Counted from the stretch's first letter, positions 30,892 to 39,960 are shown. The stretch: 64,000 nucleotides of DNA from Minisyncoccota bacterium (GCA_041389005.1 JAWKSR010000004.1:7959-71958), one strand, 5' to 3'. Translations and numbers: made by a program. Notes: generated by a model from the letters alone, not told the origin.

Positions 30892-33311
30892 CTTTATTTT
30901 TCTAGCTTTGTGTATTGTTGGATCCCTGATACTGGCAACACAGCGCACTTTTTTATGGGTTTGGGCGTTCTTTTTCGGCAGTCTAGGAATACTTTGGCAA
31001 GTGACCGCTGGCACAACAACTCATTCAATTGTTGCCACGTTATTTTTTGTGTTAATGGCGGGTAGCCTTCTTTTTTCATTTGCACCGATACGACAGAGGC
31101 TTTTTAGCGCACCAATTTTCCGTCGCGCCCGCCACTATAAAGCCCATATATCAAACTTAGAAAAACAAGCCTTAGCAGCGGGCAGTGCTGGTTTCGAGAC
31201 AGGATTTTTTGAAGGGAAGCCGCGCTGGGATCAACTTCGTTCATATGAAATAAAACCATTTACGCCGAACGAACAGAAGTTTCTCAACGGACCAATAAAA
31301 AAATTTTGTGAACTTACACATGATTGGAAAATACGCCAATCGCGAGTGATTCCAGATTCTCTTTGGGAATACGCTAAACAAGAAGGTTTTTCTGGGCTTA
31401 GAGTACATAAAGAGTGGGGTGGAAAACAATATTCGTTTCAGGCTCAATCAATAATGTTGAGTAAAGTAGCAACTAGGGCTGTCGATAGTGCAATCTTTAT
31501 TGAGTTACCAACCTCGCTCTATCCTGATGAAATTATTAATGAGTATGGAACCGATGAGCAAAAAAAATATTATCTGCCACGTCTTGCCAAAGGCGAGGAA
31601 GTAGTCTCTTTTGCAGTTACCGGTGCACAGGGCTCTGATGTGGGGGGTATGACTGATGAAGGAGTGGTGACGTATGGTGAACATGAGGGTCAGCAGACAC
31701 TGGGCGTCAGAATAAACTGCAATAAACGCTACATTACCTTTGCCCCGAAAGCATCTTTGTTTGTATTGGCATTTTCTTTAAAAGACCCAGAAGGTCATTT
31801 AGGTTTAGGAGCGAACCTGGCATTACCCTCGCCCGTTGATACCAGCAACTCATGAGGCGTCACCGCCGAGAAGGCATTTTCCAATGGGACTTGCGTTTCC
31901 ACATGGTCCCATTGAAGCAACTGACATGTTCATACCGTTGGCGTGGATTATCGGTGAGCGCACAGGAGTCGGTCTGGGCTGGAAGATGATTATGCAATGC
32001 CTTTTCATGGGTCGGGCGTTAGCTCTCCCTTCTATTTCGGTGGGAAGCATTAAATTGGCACTTCTTACGACTTCTGCTTATGCCCGCGTGCGCAGACAAT
32101 TCGGTCTTTCTATCGACACCTATGAGGGTATTAAGGAATCGCTGGCTGAGCTTGTTGAACTGACGTATGTTTCTGAAGCTGCCCGATCTTTAACGGCGGC
32201 ATTGGTCGACAGTGGATCGCGCCCGCTTGCAGTGTCTTCACTGATGAAATATCGTATTACCGAAAATGCTCGTTCTGCCATTAACCATGCGCTCGATGTA
32301 CACGCTGGAAAAGGCGCTTGTGATGGCCCAGCAAACTACCTGCTCTCAGCATATAATGCTGTTCCGATTGGCGTTACGGTAGAAGGGGCAAACATTGTCT
32401 CGCGCTCAGTTATTACGTTTGCGCAAGGAGTGTTACAAAGTCATCCGTTTGTGCGTCCTGCCCTTGAAAGTTGCGAAAGTAAAAATTACAAACAAGATCT
32501 TGATGATTTTGACAGCGCCATTTCAGGACACATACAACTATTGCAGGCAAATGCAGCTCGTTCATTTTTACATGCAATATCAGGTGGCGTATTTGCGTCG
32601 TGCCCCCGCGATGTACCAAAAGATATACGTAACTGGTATCGCGCACTTTCTCGGTATACCAGTTCGTTTGCGTATCTCAGCGATGTGACAGTGATCACGA
32701 TGGGTCATGAACTAAAGAAAAAACAAAAATTAGGTGGTCGTTTAGCCGATGTTCTCGCGGAATTGTATATATTGTCAGCGGTGTTAAAACAGTACGAAGA
32801 GGATGGTTTCCCCGCCGAGGATTATCCTATTATTGAGCAGAGTTTAACCAACGGTTTGTATCGTATAGAAAAAAATCTTTTAGCGGTGATACGTAATTTC
32901 CCGCAACGCTTATTGCGCCCACTGCTATTTAGTATTGTATTTCCAGTCGGTGCGTGGCGACAACCTGCCAAGGACGCGCTTACAACAACCGTGGCAGATA
33001 GCGTCAGCGAAGCAACGCCCACACGTGCCCGGCTGACACGCCATGTGTTTATTTCAGATTCCTCCAATGATTCAGTACGACAGCTTGAAAACGCATTTGT
33101 AGCAGCTAACCATGCAGCGTCAGTTTACAAAAAAATACGCGCAGCGACCCGTGCCGGTCTCTTAAAGAAAGACCACACACAACTGCAAGTAGCTGAATCA
33201 AAAGGGATTATTACAAGCGAAGAGGCACACCTCTTACAAGAAGCGGAAAAAACCGCCAAAGTAGCTATTGCCGTAGATACATTTGAACAGGATGTGTACA
33301 GACCAGCCTAG
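30878..33311 (+). CDS. fadE: FadE-type acyl-CoA dehydrogenase (N-terminal TM segments, ACAD core, long C-terminal extension), frame-disrupted near 31800-31860
   Basis: ORFs 30878..31855 and 31836..33311. YGTDEQKKYYLPRLAKGEEVVSFAVTGAQGSDVGG, NKRYITFAP, RRHFPMG..PHGP, TVEGANIVSRS. Architecture and motifs match E. coli FadE as I recall it. Confidence 0.8.
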
Positions 33312-33564
33312 TTGTGTTTGTTGAATGCGTGTGCGAAAGGACTGCCAATAGTGGTAGTCCTTACCAAGGAACCTTCGTGTTCCTGTCGTGTGCTCCCGCA
33401 GGAAGTCTTTCATTACATGAACGGTACAGGTTGTCGGTATTTTTACTTCCTCCGCTCACAAAATACCAGACAACCTCTTCGACTCCTGGACGCAAGCAAA
33501 GCAGTTTGCTTGCTTGGCAGCACGAACAAAAATGGCACGCAAAGCGTGTTCATTTTTGTACTCG

Positions 33565-33636
33565 TGCTCCCGCCAGGAGTCGAACCTGGAGCGTCGGTAC
33601 CGCAAACCGATATTTTATCCATTAAACTACGGGAGC
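33565..33636 (-). tRNA. tRNA-Arg (anticodon GCG as read)
   Basis: Manual fold: acceptor GCTCCCG/CGGGAGC, anticodon stem TCGGT/ACCGA, loop TTGCGGT, T arm CCAGG-TTCGACT-CCTGG. Confidence 0.8.
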
Positions 33637-33641
33637 AGGTG

Positions 33642-33728
33642 CGGAGGGAGAGGGATTCGAACCCTCGATACGCGTAAACGTATGGCGGTTTTCAAGACCG
33701 CTGCCTTCAACCACTCAGCCATCCCTCC
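33642..33728 (-). tRNA. tRNA-Ser (anticodon TGA)
   Basis: Acceptor GGAGGGA/TCCCTCC, anticodon loop CTTGAAA, long variable arm, T arm GAGGG-TTCGAAT-CCCTC. Confidence 0.9.
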
Positions 33729-33854
33729 AATATTTGATTGTATGCAAGTGGTTGAAGATTTCATCCACCTCGGGCTAGTTCGCTGTCGCTCACATTGCCC
33801 GTCTGCGCTTTAAAATCGCAGAACAGATGAGAAGTGAAGCAGTTCACTTCTCAT

Positions 33855-33874
33855 CCACTCAGCCATCCCTCCAA
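33855..33874. repeat. 20-bp perfect direct copy of the tRNA-Ser 5' end (other copy at 33711-33730)
   Basis: ccactcagccatccctccaa occurs at both positions, 144 nt apart. Confidence 0.85.
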
Positions 33875-33949
33875 ACAATATTAAATTGTGTAGACAGGAT
33901 AGTAGCAAATAACCACGCGGATTCCAAGCAGTATGATATTCTTAGGTTC

Positions 33950-34330
33950 ATGCGATTTATGGGTATTGATTACGGCAGCAAGCGGGTTGGCATAGCCCTT
34001 TCAGATGAGTCTGGGAACATGGCGTTTCCTGAGACTGTACTGATAAATGACGATAAGCTCGCAAAAGCTATTGCGGATATTATTGAGACAAAACAGGTTA
34101 CTGAGATAGTGATTGGGCATTCGTTGCATACTGATGGAAGCGAAAATCCTCTACATACACGCGTTAAAGAGTTTATAACGGAGCTTACATTAGCAGTTGG
34201 TCTTCCAATCCATCTTGAGCCGGAACAGTACTCAACCCAAGAAGCCATTAGATTTCAAGGTCGCACTGATAAGACTGACGCTTCCGCTGCAGCGATTATA
34301 CTTAATAGTTTTCTGAATAAACGAACATGA
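33950..34330 (+). CDS. ruvX: YqgF/RuvX family putative pre-16S rRNA nuclease / Holliday junction resolvase-like protein
   Basis: ORF 33827..34330 trimmed to MRFMGIDYGSKRVGIALSD (typical YqgF N-terminus). Confidence 0.85.
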   Translation: MRFMGIDYGSKRVGIALSDESGNMAFPETVLINDDKLAKAIADIIETKQVTEIVIGHSLHTDGSENPLHTRVKEFITELTLAVGLPIHLEPEQYSTQEAIRFQGRTDKTDASAAAIILNSFLNKRT

Positions 34331-34653
34331 TTACCTACGAAGATTTTGCCAAATTAGAATTTACCATTGGAACCATCCAGTCAGTGGAAGTGGTTGAGGG
34401 TGCTGATAAGCTACTGCGTTTATTGGTAGATGTAGGCGAAGATAAACCGCGACAGATTGTTTCTGGCATCCGCGAATATTTTGAAGATCCGCGGTGGTTG
34501 GTTGGTAAACAGTGCCCGTTTGTGACTAATTTAAGGCCACGAGTGATTCGTGGTTTGGAGAGCCAGGGAATGATATTGGCTGCCAGTGCCAATGATGTCT
34601 TTGCCTTATTGATTCCGCATAATGAATTACCAGTTGGGACGAAAGTTTGTTAA
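34327..34653 (+). CDS. tRNA-binding domain protein (CsaA / Trbp111 / EMAP-II-like)
   Basis: 108 aa. F.K.D.RVG-type pattern: FAKLEFTIGTIQSVEVVEGADKLLRLLVDVGE..RQIVSGI. Confidence 0.8.
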   Translation: MITYEDFAKLEFTIGTIQSVEVVEGADKLLRLLVDVGEDKPRQIVSGIREYFEDPRWLVGKQCPFVTNLRPRVIRGLESQGMILAASANDVFALLIPHNELPVGTKVC

Positions 34654-35255
34654 ATATGGATACTCCAGTTGAACAACGATATATCGATGAAGTTGGTAAA
34701 CATGGCGCGCGGTGGTTGCGCTCACGGTGCGCTGGTTGGATATTGGCAGCCATTTCTTTTGCTGAGTCTGTTTTCGCACCGATTCTTATTGATCCATTTT
34801 TAATCGCACTTATACTAGCTCGCCGTGAACGCTGGCTCTACTACACTATTATTGCCATTGTATTCTCTGTGATTGGAGGAGTGGTAGCGTATTTCCTCGG
34901 CGCGTTGTTTTTTGATTTTATTGGGACTTGGGTAATTGGTTTTTATGGTTTAGAAGATGAGTTTGCAGCGATTCACAAACGCCTTGATTCGAATGGATTT
35001 GTGTTTGTACTCATTGGCGCTTTGACACCAATTCCGTACAAACTAGTAGCGCTTGCCAGCGGTCTTGCTCAGATTAATTTCATGACGTTCTTTTTTGCCT
35101 CAGTAGTGGGACGAATACTGCGACTTGGTTTAGTTGGTGGCGCTACCTACATTGTTGGACCACATGCGCTACCACTCATTCGTAAGCACCTACTCCAACT
35201 GGCGTACGTCATTGGGATTATTCTTATTGTTTATTTCATTGTCCGACTGCTGTAA
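34647..35255 (+). CDS. DedA/YqaA-like (VTT domain) membrane protein
   Basis: Multi-TM ORF. ..SFAESVFAPILIDPFLIALIL.. pattern of the YqaA/DedA family. Confidence 0.65.
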   Translation: MLNMDTPVEQRYIDEVGKHGARWLRSRCAGWILAAISFAESVFAPILIDPFLIALILARRERWLYYTIIAIVFSVIGGVVAYFLGALFFDFIGTWVIGFYGLEDEFAAIHKRLDSNGFVFVLIGALTPIPYKLVALASGLAQINFMTFFFASVVGRILRLGLVGGATYIVGPHALPLIRKHLLQLAYVIGIILIVYFIVRLL

Positions 35256-35307
35256 CCTGTTGGTTAATTACAAACCGGATTGTAGATGAGTATCGTATAA
35301 TGAAGAC

Positions 35308-36402
35308 ATGATGGTCTTTGATCAGCTGGCTTCGCTTTTGCCGCCACCGCGATACTTGCTGCTCCCACACGCTGGAGTGGATATTTCTGATACTTCGCTG
35401 AAATATATCCAATTTGAACGAGACAAAAGAAGCGGACAAAGCCTACGGCTAAAAAATTGGGGGGATATTGATATCCCTGAAGGAGCGCTTGCCCGCGGTA
35501 GTGTTGAGGATGGCGCAAAGCTCGCTGAGGCACTCAAAGAGGTGCGCACTCGTACTGGTCTCCAATACGTACGAGTTTCTCTACCAGAAGAACGTGCCTA
35601 TCTATTTGAAACCGAAATAAAAAAAGGTACTCCATATAAAGAAATTCGCGGTCAACTTGAATTTCGCCTCGAAGAAAATGTCCCTCTTTCGCCGCGCGAT
35701 GCTTATTTCGATTATCATATTTTTGAGGATGGACTTAATAAAGATCAAATGACTGTATCAGTGACTGTATATGCAAAAGAAACCATCAACAGTTATTACG
35801 ATGCCTGTCGAGTAGCCGGAGTCACACCGCTGTCTTTTGAAGTAGAAGCTCAAGGCATTGCTCGCGCTTCAATTCCTCGAGATGATCATGGGACTCACCT
35901 AATTGTTGATTTTGGTAAGACCAGAACAGGGATTGGGATTGTTCACCGCGGCATCTTGATGTACACCTCCACAATCGATATCGGTGGAAAAGAACTCTCA
36001 GTTGCACTGCGCCGTCAGTTGGGGGATAAAGAGGAGTCAGAACTTACAGACATAAAAAATACCCAAGGTCTGATACAAAACAACGCTGACCCAGCTGTCT
36101 ATGAGGCATTGGTTTCTACCATGTCTGCAATTAAAGATGAGATTGCGCTCCGCATTCAGTATTGGAATAACAAAAATGCTGGAAATGACGATCGTTTTGT
36201 CGAGCACATTATTCTTTGTGGCGGGAGTTCAAATCTTAAAGGTTTGCCAGAGTATTTACACGAAAGTCTTGGTATCGAGACCAGTCGAGCCGCAGTATGG
36301 CACAATGCTTTTGATCTTAATGATGGTGTGCCGCCGATTGATCTACGTCACTCGTACGGTTATGCCACTGCCATTGGCTTGGCACTCACTGCGTTTTCAT
36401 AA
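35308..36402 (+). CDS. pilM: type IV pilus assembly protein PilM (actin-like ATPase fold)
   Basis: 364 aa. GVDISDTSLKYI.. N-terminus, DFGKTRTGIGI and LCGGSSNLKGL motifs. First gene of a pilMNO-like operon. Confidence 0.8.
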   Translation: MMVFDQLASLLPPPRYLLLPHAGVDISDTSLKYIQFERDKRSGQSLRLKNWGDIDIPEGALARGSVEDGAKLAEALKEVRTRTGLQYVRVSLPEERAYLFETEIKKGTPYKEIRGQLEFRLEENVPLSPRDAYFDYHIFEDGLNKDQMTVSVTVYAKETINSYYDACRVAGVTPLSFEVEAQGIARASIPRDDHGTHLIVDFGKTRTGIGIVHRGILMYTSTIDIGGKELSVALRRQLGDKEESELTDIKNTQGLIQNNADPAVYEALVSTMSAIKDEIALRIQYWNNKNAGNDDRFVEHIILCGGSSNLKGLPEYLHESLGIETSRAAVWHNAFDLNDGVPPIDLRHSYGYATAIGLALTAFS

Positions 36403-36405
36403 TCT

Positions 36406-36942
36406 ATGATAAATCTTATTCCACCATCAGCTCGCAAGCTAATCGTCCGCGAATACTGGATACGGGTAATAACGGTGTGGTTTTTGCTTATAACATTTGC
36501 TCTGTGGATCTTTCTTGCCCTCCAGGTACCGACTTATATCCTCATTGATTCCTTGCATGATGCATTAGTAACCCAGTTTGATCGGGCACAGGCTGAACAT
36601 ACCGAGTTTTCAGAATTAGAAGCAGAGGTAAAGAAAATAAATACGCTCGTGAGTCATCTTGGCGCCCATGAAGACGATGTGTATTTTTCGGAACTCATTG
36701 CTGAATTAGACCAGCGCGCGGTAGCTGGAGTGACCCTTACTCAGTTTGCGATGAAACGTGAAGAAGGTGCACTCAAGGAAATTGATCTCGTTGGAGTAGC
36801 ACCCACTCGGACAAGCTTGTCTAATTTTCGTGACGCTTTGGAAGCACATGAACGTTTTTCCAAGGCAGAACTACCGATCTCTAACCTCGCAAAAGAACGA
36901 GATATTACCTTTTCTATGAAAGTAACCATGGCATCAGATTAA
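36406..36942 (+). CDS. pilN: PilN-like pilus assembly protein
   Basis: MINLIPPS N-terminus (INLLP-type motif), a single TM segment and a coiled coil. Starts 4 nt after pilM. Confidence 0.65.
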   Translation: MINLIPPSARKLIVREYWIRVITVWFLLITFALWIFLALQVPTYILIDSLHDALVTQFDRAQAEHTEFSELEAEVKKINTLVSHLGAHEDDVYFSELIAELDQRAVAGVTLTQFAMKREEGALKEIDLVGVAPTRTSLSNFRDALEAHERFSKAELPISNLAKERDITFSMKVTMASD

Positions 36943-36951
36943 TAACTCAGT

Positions 36952-37491
36952 ATGCGCATATCTAGAACCACAACTACATGTATTATTTCTCTCGTACTGC
37001 TTTTCGGTACGCTGTGCGCCTGCGGATTTCTTTGGTGGTATGTGGGCGTCACGGGAACTGCACTTAAAGACGATATGCAAACAGTACAAGACCGAGAAAT
37101 CCTCGATCGAGAACGCTTTATTCTTGAAGGCATGCTTGAAGAGACTGCTAAAGAACGAGCAGAATTAACCAGCCATGTCTTGCAAGGTGATGACGGCGCG
37201 GTAGAGCTACTTTCATTGGTTGATGAGGCGGCAGCAGATCTGGGAGTTGTTTTAAGTACTCGCAAACTTGAAGTGATACAAGAAAAAGATGAACGTTTCA
37301 ATACACTTGAGGTCTCGTTCAAGACGGTTGGGGAAGAGTCACGAGTGCAGAAGATGTTGCAATTGTTTGAATCTTTACCGTACCGTAGTCAGGTGATTGA
37401 TTTGCAGGTTATCCGTTCGACTGATAAAGAAACCGGTCAACCGCTTATGGATAGTACCGCGGTCTTACACGTTAGTCTGATCAGTGAATAA
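36952..37491 (+). CDS. pilO: PilO-like pilus assembly protein
   Basis: N-terminal TM segment, coiled coil and a ferredoxin-like C-terminal pattern. Position after pilN. Confidence 0.5.
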   Translation: MRISRTTTTCIISLVLLFGTLCACGFLWWYVGVTGTALKDDMQTVQDREILDRERFILEGMLEETAKERAELTSHVLQGDDGAVELLSLVDEAAADLGVVLSTRKLEVIQEKDERFNTLEVSFKTVGEESRVQKMLQLFESLPYRSQVIDLQVIRSTDKETGQPLMDSTAVLHVSLISE

Positions 37492-37493
37492 AC

Positions 37494-37949
37494 ATGATTG
37501 AAAAAAAAGACATCTTGAGAATGATTAAACACGTTGCTCGGCGTAGTCGCAACGTGCCTGATCGCCGGCTCATGCATCCCAAACGAGAATGGCTGATTGG
37601 CCTCGGCTTATTTACGCTTGTGTTAGTAGTCAGCGGTATAGTGAGCGCGCAGCGTTTTGCGTACTTCAGTCACATTGAAACGCATTTGGAAGCCACTGAG
37701 TTGAATGTAGTTACCTACAAGACCGGAGCTATGAACGATGTCATTCGTCAGTACGATGAGCGCACAGTCCGTTTTCAGCAACTGCGCAACGGTATCGCTC
37801 CTCGCACCCCTGATCCAATTGTAATTGAGAACCAGGGAGCTGATGACACGGCAACATCGAGTGATGCTGTAGCTACCACCAGCACTGAAACAATCGAATC
37901 AGAGGAGACAACTGAAGATCCTGAATCAGGAGGACTTGATGTTGAGTGA
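37494..37949 (+). CDS. membrane-anchored hypothetical protein, last gene of the pil operon
   Basis: 151-aa ORF starting 3 nt after the PilO-like gene. One TM segment and an acidic C-terminal tail. Confidence 0.5.
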   Translation: MIEKKDILRMIKHVARRSRNVPDRRLMHPKREWLIGLGLFTLVLVVSGIVSAQRFAYFSHIETHLEATELNVVTYKTGAMNDVIRQYDERTVRFQQLRNGIAPRTPDPIVIENQGADDTATSSDAVATTSTETIESEETTEDPESGGLDVE

Positions 37950-38183
37950 TCCGGTCTTGCTTTCTCCTAGATTCAAACTCAATCGGTTCGATAATTACTC
38001 TTTCAGCAGGTCTTAATCGCAGGTGGTCACGAGTTACTACCCAAAATAAGTACTTCGCATTTATTTTGCTAAGTACTCTCGACCCCGCCTCGACCATTTT
38101 TATTTCTAAGATTTGAAATAAAAATATGTCTGCGGCTGACACAGCTAAAAAACAAAAAGCAGTTTTTGTTTTTCTTAACGCTG

Positions 38184-38255
38184 TGTCCCCACCAGGACTC
38201 GAACCTGGATCAAAGGGATAGAAGCCCTTCGTTTTATCCATTAAACTATGGGGAC
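38184..38255 (-). tRNA. tRNA-Arg (anticodon TCT)
   Basis: Acceptor GTCCCCA/TGGGGAC, anticodon stem AAGGG/CCCTT, loop CTTCTAT, T arm CCAGG-TTCGAGT-CCTGG. Confidence 0.9.
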
Positions 38256-38428
38256 AAACTGACCTTTAGTCACTTTGGTAACGCTAGGGTAGCAGATTTA
38301 TTTTTACTTGGAAACACAAAACCACAATTCCCGGAGGGAATTGTGGTTTTGTGTTTCGTAGAGCGAAAGAAAGTGCCGGTTTAGGAAGGTGTAAACCGGC
38401 ACTGATGAGGTTCCCGTTAGCCGCGCTT

Positions 38429-38569
38429 CTAGATGAGCGCGAGCCGATTGAAGTTTGAGCCAGCATCACGCTTTTCACGTGCGATTTGCCGTACGCGCAA
38501 CAGCGACAACAAACCGAGCGGCCCCAGTTGAGCGGTCAAGTCCGCCAGCAACTTCCGAGGGGTACCCAT
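38429..38569 (-). CDS. candidate small protein (46 aa) in a GC-rich ~220-bp patch
   Basis: Strong SD aaaggtggag 3 nt before the ATG. Translation: MGTPRKLLADLTAQLGPLGLLSLLRVRQIARERDAGSNFNRLALI. Followed by the 12-bp hairpin agtgccggttta/taaaccggcact. Below the ORF-track cutoff. Confidence 0.3.
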   Translation of the reverse strand: MGTPRKLLADLTAQLGPLGLLSLLRVRQIAREKRDAGSNFNRLALI

Positions 38570-38750
38570 GGTCTCCACCTTTCCAGCAGCTCTACGTTGA
38601 ATTAGATGTGCTGCTTACTATCCACCCTACGCCTGCAATAAAAATCTGTAAAGTCAAGTTATACACAGGAAGTAGAAACTAGAGTCCATCATGTGGGACA
38701 ACGTTAGAACACTAATGGCTAAGTAATCTCTACTGTGGTAGATTCAACAT

Positions 38751-39104
38751 ATGGACGAGAGACTGAGATATGTAGCTGCTGCAATTGCGTTGGCTCATTC
38801 AAATGAGAGGAATATTAGGTCAGTGTACTCGTATACTGACAGTAAATATTACTCTGTTGACGTCAAAATAGATGATGATCGTGTGAAAGGCTTTGATTAT
38901 ACTGAAAATCATCATTTCGATGGTCGCATGCCGAATCTTTATCACTACGGTATGAGCAACCATTTTCAATTTAAAAACAAAGGTGATGGCAGATACTCAG
39001 GATTCGATTACTCAAAAAACTGTCATTTTGGCGTAACCGTAAGAAGTAAAAGCGCAGACTTGTACGACTATGGAGTGGGAAGCTATTTTTCATTCTCACT
39101 TTAG
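38751..39104 (+). CDS. hypothetical aromatic-repeat protein (5 copies of a [GL][FY]xY-x4-[HY]F-like unit)
   Basis: 117-aa ORF. Repeat units: VYSYTDSKYYS, GFDYTENHHFD, LYHYGMSNHFQ, GFDYSKNCHFG, LYDYGVGSYFS. 39 nt upstream of the DUF3800 gene. Confidence 0.6.
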   Translation: MDERLRYVAAAIALAHSNERNIRSVYSYTDSKYYSVDVKIDDDRVKGFDYTENHHFDGRMPNLYHYGMSNHFQFKNKGDGRYSGFDYSKNCHFGVTVRSKSADLYDYGVGSYFSFSL

Positions 39105-39143
39105 TAAACTGGCACCACCGAGCAATTTATGTATTATTAGCCG

Positions 39144-39956
39144 ATGTCTCCTGATAGATATACTCTATACATCGATGAATCTGGAATACGATATCCTCAA
39201 CACAAAGTAATGCCACGAGAAGATGGCATGGATTGGTTCAGCTGGGGAGGAGTTTTGGTGCGAAAGCAAGATGAGCAAGAAATTGTAGATAAGTACAAAA
39301 AATTCTGTGAGAAATGGGAAATTACATACCCACTTCATTCTAGTGAAATCAGAGGGAAGAGAGATAAATTTGGATGGTTAAGAGATGATGAAACGAAAAC
39401 TGCCGAATTCTTTAACGATCTCAACGATTTTCTAACTGGGATCAGTGTAATTGGATTTGGTGTAGTAGTTTCTAGACCCGGCTACAATAAGAAGTTTCGT
39501 GAAAAATATGGGAATCAACGATGGGAGCTATGTAAGACTACGCATCCTATTTTGATGGAGAGGGTGGTAAGGTATTTGATCGCAAATTCTGATAATCCCA
39601 AGCTGAAGGTTGTTTTTGAAGGAGCAAGTGGTTCTGATAATAAAAAAGTGGTCAATTACGGTATGGCTCTCAAAGATTCTGGACATCCTTTTGATAAAAA
39701 TAACGCTGAAAAATATTCTCCTTTACCATGCGAAATCTTTCAAGAGCTAGTAGTTGGGAGACCTGAACCTGGAACTAAAAGTAATATTTTCTTACAAATT
39801 GCTGATCTGTATGTTTATCCAATGTCGAAGTTCATTTATGACCCAAACTATTTAGCATGGCATGAACTGTATAAAGCAGGCAGGCTGATTGATTCAGTTT
39901 TAGAACCTGAAGAAATTTACTTGAAAGGAGTAAAATATTATTGTTTTAACACTTAA
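39144..39956 (+). CDS. DUF3800 domain protein
   Basis: 270 aa. The N-terminal YTLYIDESG motif and the late FLQIADLYVYP motif are characteristic of DUF3800. AT-rich codon usage. Confidence 0.75.
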   Translation: MSPDRYTLYIDESGIRYPQHKVMPREDGMDWFSWGGVLVRKQDEQEIVDKYKKFCEKWEITYPLHSSEIRGKRDKFGWLRDDETKTAEFFNDLNDFLTGISVIGFGVVVSRPGYNKKFREKYGNQRWELCKTTHPILMERVVRYLIANSDNPKLKVVFEGASGSDNKKVVNYGMALKDSGHPFDKNNAEKYSPLPCEIFQELVVGRPEPGTKSNIFLQIADLYVYPMSKFIYDPNYLAWHELYKAGRLIDSVLEPEEIYLKGVKYYCFNT

Positions 39957-39960
39957 AAAC

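Noticed and set aside
33729-33880. A second tRNA-Ser, or a tRNA-Sec gene, starting at the duplicated GGAGGGATGGCTGAGTGG.
   Set aside because: After the D-arm-like start there is no anticodon arm in register, no GTTCGAATC-type T arm and no matching acceptor 3' strand.
37873-38241. A 122-aa minus-strand ORF.
   Set aside because: It runs through tRNA-Arg(TCT) and a terminator hairpin, and it lies antisense to the end of the pil operon gene. It has no RBS and no recognisable family.
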